Notes: generated from the sequence alone by a model not told the origin. A stretch of 64,000 nt of DNA from an uncultured Actinomycetota bacterium (GCA_963784705.1 CAWASC010000010.1:290434-354433); one strand, 5' to 3'. Positions 8,353 through 17,728 are shown, counted from the stretch's first letter. Numbers and translations are program-made.

Positions 8353-9824
8353 CGTTCAGCCGCTCTGAGAAGGTCGCGGGCGCGCTTGCCCTCGTCCTGG
8401 CCCTCCTGCACCGCGCGCTCCGGCCGGACAGCGGCACCGATCTGGCCGCCCAGCTCGCCAGGGCGTCGTTCGCCCGCGAGGCGCCCCTGACGCCGGTCGA
8501 CCTGTCCTGGTACGGCGGGGTCCATCCCTTCGGCTACTCGTTGCTGTCCCCGTGGCTGCTGGCGGTGCTGGGGGTGGGAACCGCCGGGGTGCTCGCGGCG
8601 GTGGGTGCTGCCGTGCTGTTCGCCCGACTGGTGCGCGACCTCGAGCGACCCGTCCTGGCAGCCAGCCTCGGCGCCGTGTTCAGCGTCGCGGACGTCGCCA
8701 GCGGGCGCCTCACCTTCGCCCTGTCCGTCGTCCCCCTGCTCGGTGCGCTCCTGGTGCGCGAGCGTCGGGTCCCCGCGATCGCCCTCGCGGTCCTCACGGG
8801 ACTGCTCAGCCCGGTGGGTGCGGCGTTCCTCGGCTTGTGCGCCGCCGTGCTCGTGCTGCACCGGCGCCCCGGTGGCTGGACGCTGGGCCTGGCCGCCTCG
8901 CTGCCCGTTGCGGCACTCGGGCTGCTGTTCCCGAGCGGCGGAGTGCAGCCGTACTCGACCTCGTCGGCGGTCCGGGGTGCGGTTGTTGCGGTTCTCGTGC
9001 TGCTGGTCACGACGCAGCCGCTCGTGCGCACCGGCGCCCTGCTCTACGCGGGTGCCGTCATCGCGTTCGCCCTGCACGACGACGCCTTCGGCAGCAATGT
9101 CCTGCGGCTGGGCCTGGTGGCGGCCAGCGCGGTTGTCGTCGCCTCGTCCCGGAGGTCGACCGTCCTGGTGCTTCTCGTGGCCGTGTGGTGCGTGCGGTGG
9201 CAGGTGCAGCCGCTGCGCGGTGACCTCACCGCCGCGCCCGGACCTGCGCTGGCGGCGGTGACGGCTGCCCTGGTCGCGACCGGCGCCGATCGCGTGGAGG
9301 TGGTGCCGCTGCGCGACCACCGCGAGGCGTGGTTCGTCGCCGAGTCGGTGCCCCTGGCGCGCGGCTGGGCCCGCCAGGTCGACCTGCGCGACAACCCCCT
9401 GTTCTACCGGGGGGACCTCGGCGCGCAGGAGTACCTCTCGTGGCTGCAGGAGCACGGTGTCGACCACGTCGCGGCTCCCCGCACCGCTGCTGTCGACATG
9501 GGCGGCAGGCGCGAGCGTGACCTCCTGCGCGAGCCGGTGCCCGGGCTCACCCAGGTCTGGCAGGACGCCGACTGGACGGTCTGGGCGGTCGACGACGCGC
9601 GCGGCCTGGCGCCCGGTGCGCAGGTCGACCGCTCCACCCGGACCGACGTGGTGCTGCGCACCACCGGTCCCGGCGACGTGGCCGTCGCCCTGCGTTGGTC
9701 GCGCTGGTTGACCGTCTCGGGGCCGGCCTGCCTCGGCCGGTCAGGGGACCAGGTCCTTCTCCGGGTCCGCGCCGCGGGTAGCGTGCGCATCGGCTCCAGC
9801 CTGTCTCCGGACGGGCACTGCTGA
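8349..9824 (+). CDS. polytopic membrane protein with C-terminal soluble domain, paralogue 1 (possibly GT-C-type glycosyltransferase; function not established)
   Basis: 491 aa with multiple TM helices followed by VEVVPLRDHREAWFVAESVPLARGWARQVDLRDNPLFY... GTG at 8349 overlaps the glnE stop. It is collinear with the 10911..12290 product. Confidence 0.7.
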   Translation: MTFSRSEKVAGALALVLALLHRALRPDSGTDLAAQLARASFAREAPLTPVDLSWYGGVHPFGYSLLSPWLLAVLGVGTAGVLAAVGAAVLFARLVRDLERPVLAASLGAVFSVADVASGRLTFALSVVPLLGALLVRERRVPAIALAVLTGLLSPVGAAFLGLCAAVLVLHRRPGGWTLGLAASLPVAALGLLFPSGGVQPYSTSSAVRGAVVAVLVLLVTTQPLVRTGALLYAGAVIAFALHDDAFGSNVLRLGLVAASAVVVASSRRSTVLVLLVAVWCVRWQVQPLRGDLTAAPGPALAAVTAALVATGADRVEVVPLRDHREAWFVAESVPLARGWARQVDLRDNPLFYRGDLGAQEYLSWLQEHGVDHVAAPRTAAVDMGGRRERDLLREPVPGLTQVWQDADWTVWAVDDARGLAPGAQVDRSTRTDVVLRTTGPGDVAVALRWSRWLTVSGPACLGRSGDQVLLRVRAAGSVRIGSSLSPDGHC

Positions 9825-9865
9825 GGCGTCCGCCGTACCCCAGCCCCCCCTCGAGAGGACCGACC

Positions 9866-10825
9866 GTGACCGTCCACAACGTGACCGTCGCGGAGACGCG
9901 CTTCTTCGTAAGGCAGCACGGTGAGGGCAGCTCCACGCCGGTGCTCCTCCTCCACGGGGTCCCCGAGACGTCGTCGGTGTGGCGCGACATCGCTCCGGCC
10001 CTCGCGGACGGCCGTCAGGTCATCGCGCCGGACCTGCCAGGGCTGGGCGGGTCGGCCTACAGCGGGCCGTACGACGTCCCGTCGGTCGTGGCGCAGCTCA
10101 GCGCTCTGCTCGAGCACCTCGTGCCCGGCCAGCGGGTCGACGTGGTGGGGCACGACTGGGGCGGCTCCCTCGCGCTCGGACTGGCCGGCGCGCGTCCTGA
10201 CCTGGTGCGCCGTCTGGTGGTGGCCAACGCGCCGTACCGGCACATCAATCTGGTGCGGGCCGCGCACATCCCCCTGTTCGCCCTTCCCGTGGCTCCTGAG
10301 CTGGTCTTCCGCCTCGGCGGCGCGCGGGTGCTGGACCTGATGCTCGGTGTCGCCTGGAAGGTCAAGGACGTCACGCTCGACCCCCAGGCCCGAGCGGAGT
10401 ACGTCGCGGCGTACACCGATCCCGCCCGCGTGACGGCGATGCTCGGCTACTACCGGGCGTCGGCCCGTCCCAAGCTCGCCGCGGCCCTGCGCCGGACGGC
10501 GGTCGCCTCACCCCCGCGCGTGTCCGCGGAGAAGATGCTGGTCCTCTGGGGCGCGTCCGACCCGGTGCTGCCGATCAGCGTCGCCGAGTCCGTGGTGAAG
10601 GACCTCGGTCCGGCCTGCTCCCTGGTCACCGTTCCTGGGGCGGGGCACTACGTGATCGAGGAGGCGCCCGAGATCGTGCTGCAGGTGCTGCGCGACTTCC
10701 TCGCCGACGATCCCGCACCGGCGACGACACCGGTCAAGAAGAAGGCCCCTGCCAAGAAGTCGCCCGCCAAGAAGTCCCCCGCCACGAAGGCACCGCGCGT
10801 GGAGGGCACTCCTGAGGCGTCCTGA
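9866..10825 (+). CDS. alpha/beta hydrolase (epoxide hydrolase / haloalkane dehalogenase-like) with Lys/Ala/Pro-rich C-terminal tail
   Basis: 319 aa with LLHGVPETSSVW, nucleophile elbow VVGHDWGGS and GAGHYVIEE. The tail is PAPATTPVKKKAPAKKSPAKKSPATKAPRVEGTPEAS. Confidence 0.85.
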   Translation: MTVHNVTVAETRFFVRQHGEGSSTPVLLLHGVPETSSVWRDIAPALADGRQVIAPDLPGLGGSAYSGPYDVPSVVAQLSALLEHLVPGQRVDVVGHDWGGSLALGLAGARPDLVRRLVVANAPYRHINLVRAAHIPLFALPVAPELVFRLGGARVLDLMLGVAWKVKDVTLDPQARAEYVAAYTDPARVTAMLGYYRASARPKLAAALRRTAVASPPRVSAEKMLVLWGASDPVLPISVAESVVKDLGPACSLVTVPGAGHYVIEEAPEIVLQVLRDFLADDPAPATTPVKKKAPAKKSPAKKSPATKAPRVEGTPEAS

Positions 10826-10910
10826 GGTCGTCGCGGGCGCCCTCGCCCTGCTCCTGGACCTGCTGCACCTGCTGTTCCTGCCGTCCGTCGGCACCGATGT
10901 CGCAGCGCAG

Positions 10911-12290
10911 TTGGCCCGTGCGTCGTTCGCCCGCGAGGCGCCCTTCACGCCGGTGGACTTCTCGTGGTTCGGCGGGGTGCACCCCTATGGCTACTCCGTC
11001 CTGGCGCCCCTGGTCATGGCCGTGCTCGGCGTCGCCCTCACGGGCCTGCTGTCGACGGTGGCCCTGTCGGTGCTGTTCGCCCGGTTGGTCCGCGACAGCG
11101 CCCGGCCGATGCCGGCCGCGGTCCTCGGTGCGGTCTTCGCGGTCGCCAACGACGTCAGCGGTCGGACGTCGTTCGCGCTCGGCGGTGCCGCAGCCCTCGC
11201 CGCGCTGGTCGTGCTGCCCCGGCGCCGCTGGGCCGGTCTGCTGGCTGTGGTCGCCGGTCTGTGCAGCCCTGTCGCGGCCGCCTTCCTCGGGCTCGTCGCC
11301 GCGATCCTCGTCCTGCGCCGGCGCCCCGGGGGCTGGACCGTCGGGCTCGCCTGCACCATCCCGGTGACGACCGTGGCGGTGCTCTTCCCCGGCGGAGGTG
11401 TGCAGCCGTACTCCAAGGGTGCAGCTGTTCCGCTCGTCCTTCTCGCCCTGGCGCTGGCCTACCTCACCGACCACCCGCTGGTCCGGACCGGTGCGGTCCT
11501 CTACGCCCTGGCGGTGGTGTTCTTCACCGTCCACCTCGACCCGTTCGGCTCCAACGTGCAACGGCTCGGTGCCCTCGTCGGCGTCTCGCTGGTCATCGCC
11601 TACTCCCGACGGTTGACCCCCTTCGCCGTGGTCGTGCTCGTCGGGTGCTTCATCTGGCAGCTCGACCCCACCCGCGACGACCTGCGGGCCCGCACGGGGC
11701 CACCGATGTCCGCCCTCATCGCGCAGCTCGAGCACCGGGGCTCCCAGCGGGTGGAGGTCGTCCCGGCACGTGACCACCGGGAGGCCTACGAGGTCGCGGA
11801 GCACGTCGAGATCGCGCGCGGTTGGTCGCGCCAGATCGACGTACGGGACAACCCGCTGTTCTACAACGGGCGGCTCAGCGCCCCGACGTACCTCACCTGG
11901 CTGCGCGAGCGGGCGGTGGACCATGTCGCCGTCCCGCGGCGAGCCGTCCTGGACTACAGCAGCACGCGGGAGAACCGCCTGCTGCGCGACCCGGTCGAGG
12001 GCCTCACCCGGGTGTGGCAGGACGCCGACTGGACGCTCTACGCCGTGGCAGACCCCGAGCCGCTCGCGGACACCACCATCGTGTCGCTGTCCCGTACGAC
12101 GATGGTGCTGCGCAGCGACACGGCGCGGGACGTGACGGTCCACCTGCGCTGGTCTCCCTGGCTCACCGTGGACGGCGACGCCTGCGTCGAGCGGGTTCTC
12201 GGTGGTGTCATCGTGCGGTTCCGCGAGCCGGGGACCGTCAGCCTGACCAGCAGCCTGCTGCCCGGGAACCACTGCCCCCAGGGCGGCTAG
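10911..12290 (+). CDS. polytopic membrane protein, paralogue 2 of 8349..9824 (true start probably upstream, about 10812-10830)
   Basis: 459 aa from TTG at 10911, collinear with paralogue 1 to the shared C-terminal ..HC. In-frame similarity (VVAGALALLLDLLHLLFLPSVGTDVAAQL) continues upstream of 10911, where only CTG codons are available as starts. Confidence 0.75.
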   Translation: MARASFAREAPFTPVDFSWFGGVHPYGYSVLAPLVMAVLGVALTGLLSTVALSVLFARLVRDSARPMPAAVLGAVFAVANDVSGRTSFALGGAAALAALVVLPRRRWAGLLAVVAGLCSPVAAAFLGLVAAILVLRRRPGGWTVGLACTIPVTTVAVLFPGGGVQPYSKGAAVPLVLLALALAYLTDHPLVRTGAVLYALAVVFFTVHLDPFGSNVQRLGALVGVSLVIAYSRRLTPFAVVVLVGCFIWQLDPTRDDLRARTGPPMSALIAQLEHRGSQRVEVVPARDHREAYEVAEHVEIARGWSRQIDVRDNPLFYNGRLSAPTYLTWLRERAVDHVAVPRRAVLDYSSTRENRLLRDPVEGLTRVWQDADWTLYAVADPEPLADTTIVSLSRTTMVLRSDTARDVTVHLRWSPWLTVDGDACVERVLGGVIVRFREPGTVSLTSSLLPGNHCPQGG

Positions 12291-12706
12291 CGGATCGGCC
12301 GCTTGAGCCCGATGCGGTGCGCGAACCGCGGCGTCGCGGCGAACTGCGCGAACGTCCAGACCGCCGGGCGGCCGACCTCCTTGGACAGGTGGACCACCTC
12401 GTCGTCGCCGCAGACCACGCCGACGTGCGCGCCGAAGGCCTGCTGCCGGTCGTGGAACAGCACCAGGTCGAGCGGCTGCGGCGTCAGCACCACCACGGTC
12501 GCGTCGGTGTCGCGCCAGAGCTCGGCCGACCGGAGCTCAGGCATCGCGATCCCGTGATGGGCGAGCACCGCGTAGGCGAACAGGTGACAGCTCGCGCCGC
12601 GGGACAGGTCACCGGGGGCCACTGCTCCGGGGTAGCGCGTGGCGTCGTAGTGCACGTCCCAGAAGGCCGCGGGGAGGTCCTTCAGGAGTGCTGGGAGGGT
12701 CTCCAT
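12287..12706 (-). CDS. NlpC/P60-like (papain-fold) hydrolase, no signal peptide
   Basis: 139 aa. The Cys context is RGASCHLFAYAVL and the downstream His context is GAHVGVVCGDDEVVHLSKE, as in C40-type enzymes. The call is by eye only. Confidence 0.5.
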   Translation of the reverse strand: METLPALLKDLPAAFWDVHYDATRYPGAVAPGDLSRGASCHLFAYAVLAHHGIAMPELRSAELWRDTDATVVVLTPQPLDLVLFHDRQQAFGAHVGVVCGDDEVVHLSKEVGRPAVWTFAQFAATPRFAHRIGLKRPIR

Positions 12707-12745
12707 CGCTGGAGGATAGGGCCTGGAGGGCTGCAGAGGAACCGC

Positions 12746-13555
12746 TCATCCTGACCAGATCTCCAGTACCGCACGGTCGCGGACCGGGACGTAGCCCAGC
12801 CGCGGGTAGAGCCGGTTCGCCGTCGCGTTCGCCAGGTCCGTGAACAGCACCACCTCGTGCGCGCCGAGGTCCAGCGCGTGCTGCGTGACGGCTGCGGTCA
12901 CCGCGCCGCCGTACCCGCGACCGCGGTGCTCGACGGGGGTGAAGACCGGGCCGACGCGGATCGCGCCGAACGCCAGCGGCTGGTGGCCGGCCAGGCTGAC
13001 CGGGGCTCCGTCGACCTCCCACAGCAGGACCCCGTGGCGCCGGAGGCGGCCGTCCACGTCGCGCTGGAGGTCGTCCGGGCACGGCAGTCCGGCCTCGTGC
13101 AGGAACGCCGAGAACCAGTCGGTGACACGGGGGAGGTCGGCGCTTCCGGCGACGCGTGCTTTCCCCTGCGCGGTGCCTACCTGCAGCCGGTTGAGGGCGA
13201 AGGCGCGCTCAGCACGCAGCAGGCGGACCGGGCGACCGGCGGCGAGCAGGATCGCGGCCTGTACGGCGACGGCCGTCTCCCCGGCCACGCTGGTGGGCGA
13301 CCACAGGGCACCGAGGTCAGCGAGGGCCGCGTCGGTGGCCACGCAGACAAGGGCGGGGTGGGGTGCCTGCCAGATCGCAGCCCCGGTCACGTCGCCGTCC
13401 CCCTCGTCCCACCACGCGAAGCGGATGCCGACCGCTCCGGCTCGCGCGTGCTCCGCGAGCGTCAGGGCGATCGTGTGCCGCCCTGGTTCGGAAAGGAGCA
13501 GGTCCGCGGTCGCCGCGAGCCACTGCTCGACGTCGCTGGTCTCCGTCCAGGTCAT
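12746..13555 (-). CDS. GNAT family acetyltransferase (two-domain type)
   Basis: The C-terminal GNAT core reads RVGPVFTPVEHRGRGYGGAVTAAVTQHALDLGAHEVVLFTDLANATANRLYPRLGY. ATG at 13555 (MTWTETSD..) lies within track ORF 12746..13591. Confidence 0.7.
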   Translation of the reverse strand: MTWTETSDVEQWLAATADLLLSEPGRHTIALTLAEHARAGAVGIRFAWWDEGDGDVTGAAIWQAPHPALVCVATDAALADLGALWSPTSVAGETAVAVQAAILLAAGRPVRLLRAERAFALNRLQVGTAQGKARVAGSADLPRVTDWFSAFLHEAGLPCPDDLQRDVDGRLRRHGVLLWEVDGAPVSLAGHQPLAFGAIRVGPVFTPVEHRGRGYGGAVTAAVTQHALDLGAHEVVLFTDLANATANRLYPRLGYVPVRDRAVLEIWSG

Positions 13556-13634
13556 GGGGTCAGCCTGCCCGAGCGAGCGGCACCCGCGCACGTCGTTCGC
13601 GCCTGTCCCGTGCGGCGCCGCCTAGATTCGTGGC

Positions 13635-14918
13635 GTGGTCCTCTCCGTCCGTCGCCGGGACGTGCGGGCCCGGTTCGGTGCCTGGCCGGCCGTCGCCTCG
13701 GTGCTGCTGGTGGTCGTGGCCGCGGGGCTCGGGGAGCTGTTCGGTCGTCGCACGATCGATCTGTTCGCCCCGCCGTTCGCCGGCCACTGGGGCGTACCCC
13801 TGTCCGGGTGGACGGTCGTGGTGGTGGCTCTGGCCGTCGTCCTGTGGGCCGCTGCGCCCGCTGTGCAGCGGTTGCCGTGGCGCGGCCTGCTGGTCGCCGG
13901 CAGCCTCACGGCGCTGCTCTGGAGCGTCGCGCTCGCGCTGGTCGTCGGGCCGCTCGAAGGGCTGCGGGACCGCGTGACCAAGCCGGGGGAGTACCTCGAC
14001 GGGGTGCCCCGCGTCGACGCGGTGCACAGCTTCCTGTCGACTTTCACCGACTCGATCGCCGGTGGGCCACACCCCTGGCCCACCCAGGTGGCCGGCCACC
14101 CGCCCCTGCTGCTGCTGGTGCTCGCCGGCCTCGACCGGCTCGGCCTGGGTGGTCCCTGGCCGCTGGTGGCGCTGTGCCTGCTGATCGGCTGCACCGTGGT
14201 CGCGGCGACGCTGATTGCCGTACGGGCGGTCGCGGGCGAGGCCACCGCACGAGCGTGCGCTCCGTTCGTCGCCCTCGCGCCGGGGGCGATCTGGCTCGCG
14301 GTCAGCGCCGATGCGGTCTTCGCGGCAGTCGCCGCGTGGGGCATCGCCGCCTTGGCCGTCGGGCGCAGTCGGGACAGCGTGGGGCTGTCGTTCGTCGGCG
14401 GTCTGGTCCTTGGGCTCGCCCTGTTCCTGTCGTACGGCGTCGCACCGCTCGGCGCGGTCGCCGTCGTACTGCTCACGGACTGGCGGCGGTTCGTCGCCGC
14501 GACCGCGGGGGTGCTCGCGGTGGTGCTCGCCTTCCTGTCGCAGGGCTTCTGGTGGGTCACCGCACTGACTGAGACGCTGGTACGCGTCCGTGCCGGCGAC
14601 GGGGGCTCGCGGCCGTACGAGTACTTCCTGCTCGCCGATCTGGCCTGTCTCGTGGCGATCGTCGGCCCGCCGACCGTGCAGGCCCTCGTGCGACTGCCCC
14701 GAGGCGACGTCCTCTGGCGGCTCGCCGGTGCCTGCCTGTTCGCGGTCGTCGTGTCCGACCTCACCGGCGCCTCGCGCGGTGAGGTGGAGCGCATCTGGCT
14801 CCCGTTCGCGCCTTACCTCCTGGTCGCGACAGCCCGGTTGCCGAAGGCACGGCGGTGGCTGGCGGTCCAGGTGGGCACCGGGGTCCTGCTGGCCCTGGTG
14901 CTGGACGCCAAGTGGTGA
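13635..14918 (+). CDS. polytopic membrane protein (possibly ArnT/PMT-like GT-C glycosyltransferase)
   Basis: 427 aa and hydrophobic throughout, with 10 or more predicted helices. The function is inferred only from its general look and its neighbours. Confidence 0.55.
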   Translation: MVLSVRRRDVRARFGAWPAVASVLLVVVAAGLGELFGRRTIDLFAPPFAGHWGVPLSGWTVVVVALAVVLWAAAPAVQRLPWRGLLVAGSLTALLWSVALALVVGPLEGLRDRVTKPGEYLDGVPRVDAVHSFLSTFTDSIAGGPHPWPTQVAGHPPLLLLVLAGLDRLGLGGPWPLVALCLLIGCTVVAATLIAVRAVAGEATARACAPFVALAPGAIWLAVSADAVFAAVAAWGIAALAVGRSRDSVGLSFVGGLVLGLALFLSYGVAPLGAVAVVLLTDWRRFVAATAGVLAVVLAFLSQGFWWVTALTETLVRVRAGDGGSRPYEYFLLADLACLVAIVGPPTVQALVRLPRGDVLWRLAGACLFAVVVSDLTGASRGEVERIWLPFAPYLLVATARLPKARRWLAVQVGTGVLLALVLDAKW

Positions 14919-14989
14919 GGGGTAGCGGCACAGGGTGACCAGCGTCACCTCAGGGTTGCGCCGGCCCTGGCACCGGGCAGGACAGTCCC

Positions 14990-16186
14990 GTGAGCCCCGA
15001 GACCGCGCTCGCCGTACGCCCTCGGGCCACGGTGACTGGCGCCACCCCAAGCGTCCCGCGCCGAGCCGACCGGGCGCTGCTCGGGCACGTCCCGGCGCTG
15101 GACGGGCTGCGCGGGGTCGCGGTGGTCGTCGTCGTCCTCTTCCACTTCGTCGGGCACGACGTGCTGCGCGGTGGGTGGGTCGGGGTGGACCTCTTCTTCG
15201 GCCTGTCCGGGTTTCTCATCACCGCGCTCGTCCTGGACGAGCAACGGGTCCACGGCCGGGTGTCGCTCCCGCGCTTCTACGCACGCCGGGGGCTGCGTCT
15301 GCTCCCCGCGCTGCTGGTGCTGCTCGCGGTGTGGAGCGTGCTCCTGCTGGTGTTCCACGACTCGCTGTGGTTCGCCGCGACGCCGAGCGGCGACGGGACG
15401 GGCCGCACCGTCGACGTGCTGCCGGCGCTGCGTGATGTCGGTGTCGCGCTGCTCTACGTCGCGAACTGGAACGTCATCGACGGGGGGATGGAAGCGCCGC
15501 TGTCGCACCTGTGGTCGCTCGCCGTCGAGGAGCAGTTCTACCTGATCTGGCCGGGGACCCTGCTGGTGCTCCTGACGCTGAGCCAGCGGGTCCGGCTCAC
15601 TGCGGTGGGCACGTTGATGGCGCTGAGCGCGGTCCTGCCGTTCCTCTACTGGGCCGGCGGCGACGGTCGGGACCGCATCTACTTCGGTACCGACACGCGC
15701 GCGGTCGGCCTGCTCGGCGGGGCGTTCGCCGCCCTGGTGTGGCACCGGCGTCAGGCGATCGGTCAGGTGGCGCGGTGGGGCTTCGAACGCGCCGTCCTCG
15801 CGCTGGCAGGAATCGCGTACGTGGCGTGGACCTCGACCGTGACCAGTGCGCGCTTCCTCGTCTTCCCCGTCGCGGTGATGCTCCTGGTCACGCAGGTCCT
15901 GCCGCACGTCGCCGAGGGGCGTGGGCCCGTCTGCCGGGTGCTGTCTGCTCCCTGGCTCGTGTGGTGCGGCAAGCGGTCCTACGCGCTCTACCTGTGGCAC
16001 TACCTCTGGGCGACGTGGACGCACCCGCTCGGCCTGGCGGTCGGCATGCCGCTGGGCCTCGCCGGGGCGCTCGCCTGCACGACCCTGTCGTGGAGGTACG
16101 TCGAACGCCCCGCCCTGACCTACGCGCGACGCTTCGCGGTGGAGCAACGAGCGCTCACGAGCGCGCGGCGGTCGCTCCCCGCTTGA
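14990..16186 (+). CDS. acyltransferase family 3 (OafA/NolL-like membrane O-acyltransferase)
   Basis: 398 aa. The N-terminal signature is LDGLRGVAVVVVVLFHF, followed by about 10 TM helices. Confidence 0.8.
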   Translation: MSPETALAVRPRATVTGATPSVPRRADRALLGHVPALDGLRGVAVVVVVLFHFVGHDVLRGGWVGVDLFFGLSGFLITALVLDEQRVHGRVSLPRFYARRGLRLLPALLVLLAVWSVLLLVFHDSLWFAATPSGDGTGRTVDVLPALRDVGVALLYVANWNVIDGGMEAPLSHLWSLAVEEQFYLIWPGTLLVLLTLSQRVRLTAVGTLMALSAVLPFLYWAGGDGRDRIYFGTDTRAVGLLGGAFAALVWHRRQAIGQVARWGFERAVLALAGIAYVAWTSTVTSARFLVFPVAVMLLVTQVLPHVAEGRGPVCRVLSAPWLVWCGKRSYALYLWHYLWATWTHPLGLAVGMPLGLAGALACTTLSWRYVERPALTYARRFAVEQRALTSARRSLPA

Positions 16187-16793
16187 GCAGGCGCGCCGCC
16201 CCGGGGATGCCGCTGAGCATTGCGCCGACATCCGCGACCGTGGCGTCCAGGTGGTCGACCTGCACCCCCAGGTGCTCCACGACAGGGACCAGCTGCTCGA
16301 GCTGGGCGAGCGCCGGGAGCAGGCGCTGCTCGACGGCGGCCAGCAGCAGCGGAACGCCCTGCGCGGACTCCTCGATGAGCCCGGTCAGCAGCGAGGGGTC
16401 CAGTCGCCCGAGCGCGGCGACCGCCGGCTGCACCGAGGCGAGCGACTGCGCGGCGTCGGTCACCAGCCGGTCCACCCTGCGGCTGAGCTGGTCGGCCCGC
16501 TTCAGCACGGCCTCGACCCGGTCGGGGAGCTCCTCCGCACGGTCCACGACAGCATCCGCTCGGGTGATGACCGTGTCGGCGCGCCGGGCGGCCGGCTCGG
16601 CGACCGCGAGCACGGCCTCCACGCGCGCCGGCATCGACTCGACGGCGTCGAGCACGGCGCCCGCCCGTGCCGCCACCGAGCCGAGGTCGTGCAGCAGCTG
16701 CTCGACGCCCTGCACCAGCGACACGGGCAGACGGACGACCGTGCCGACGACGTGACCGAGCACCGCGTGACCTCCTGGAGAGCCGGTGCCCAA
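16155..16793 (-). CDS. hypothetical Ala/Val/Asp/Arg-rich helical protein
   Basis: 212-aa ORF with a plausible composition and repeated ..RADxVV/RVEAVL.. helical segments. The plus-strand ORFs competing for this span (15511..16755, 16251..16856) look like GC artefacts. The start is uncertain. Confidence 0.4.
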   Translation of the reverse strand: MGTGSPGGHAVLGHVVGTVVRLPVSLVQGVEQLLHDLGSVAARAGAVLDAVESMPARVEAVLAVAEPAARRADTVITRADAVVDRAEELPDRVEAVLKRADQLSRRVDRLVTDAAQSLASVQPAVAALGRLDPSLLTGLIEESAQGVPLLLAAVEQRLLPALAQLEQLVPVVEHLGVQVDHLDATVADVGAMLSGIPGAARLLKRGATAARS

Positions 16794-16807
16794 CGTAGCC
16801 TCGCCGG

Positions 16808-17728
16808 GTGGGGAGCGACGTACGACGGGCGGTGCTGGTCCTCACGCTGCTGCTGACCGGTTGCTCGACGCCGACCGTGCCCACCGCGTCGGTGACCCCG
16901 TCACCGGTCGTCCTGGGGTCGGCGCCCACCGTCCTGACGCCCGCACCGAAACCAGAGCCGACACCGGAGCCGAGCCCGGAGCCCGCACCCCGGCCCGAGC
17001 TCGTCTTCGGCGGTGACATCTCCTGGCCCAGCTGCCCGGTGGGGACCCCGGGTGCGCTGCCCGAGAAGCAGGGCAAGGGACTGCCGCTGCCCGGGCCGGA
17101 CGCGCAGTTCGTCGTCATCGGCCTGACCAACGGCCCGGGCTTCCACCCCAACCCGTGCCTGGCGTGGGAGGTGCGGCTGATGCGCGCCCGCGGTCTGCAC
17201 CTGGGCGCCTACGCCTTCACGACCCTCCCGAACGCCGACCAGGTCAGCAGGTACGGCGGCCGCGGTCCGTACCCCACGAGCACCCACCTGGGGCGCCTGC
17301 GCAACGCCTCCTGGGCCCAGGCGCAGGTCAACCTCGCCAGCCTTCGTCGTACCGGGCTGCAGCCTCCGTTGATCTGGATGGACGTGGAGCCGCAGCCCTA
17401 CCTGAGCCCGTGGGGCCGGGACGTCGCCGCGAACCGGGCGACGATCCTCGCGGTCCGGCAGGCCTACCTCGACGCCGGGTTCCGCACCGGGCTGTACTCC
17501 TCGGACACCCCGTGGCGCACGATCACCGGCGGGCTCCAGCTGCCCGACCCGACGTGGGTGACCGTAGGGCCCCGAGGTCGTGCGGCGGCCCTCGCGAAGT
17601 GCGCGGCCCCGACCTTCTCCGGCGGTCCGGCCGTCCTGGCGCAGTGGTGGGACACCGACATCGAGGACCTCGACCTCACCTGCCCCCGCCGGCGCGCTGA
17701 CGCCGCGTCACTGTTCTCCGCGCCCTGA
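16808..17728 (+). CDS. lipoprotein with GH25 / Rv2525c-like glycoside-hydrolase-fold domain
   Basis: The lipobox is VLTLLLTGCS, followed by a Pro-rich linker and then FGGDISWPSCP..FVVIGLTNGPGF..GLHLGAYAFT. The domain call is tentative. Confidence 0.55.
   Translation: MGSDVRRAVLVLTLLLTGCSTPTVPTASVTPSPVVLGSAPTVLTPAPKPEPTPEPSPEPAPRPELVFGGDISWPSCPVGTPGALPEKQGKGLPLPGPDAQFVVIGLTNGPGFHPNPCLAWEVRLMRARGLHLGAYAFTTLPNADQVSRYGGRGPYPTSTHLGRLRNASWAQAQVNLASLRRTGLQPPLIWMDVEPQPYLSPWGRDVAANRATILAVRQAYLDAGFRTGLYSSDTPWRTITGGLQLPDPTWVTVGPRGRAAALAKCAAPTFSGGPAVLAQWWDTDIEDLDLTCPRRRADAASLFSAP

Noticed and set aside
15511-16856. Plus-strand ORFs 15511..16755 and 16251..16856 as alternatives to the minus-strand hypothetical gene.
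   Set aside because: The first overlaps the well-supported acyltransferase gene out of frame. Both are Arg/Gly/Pro-rich. The minus-strand product has a more protein-like composition, but I keep it at low confidence only.
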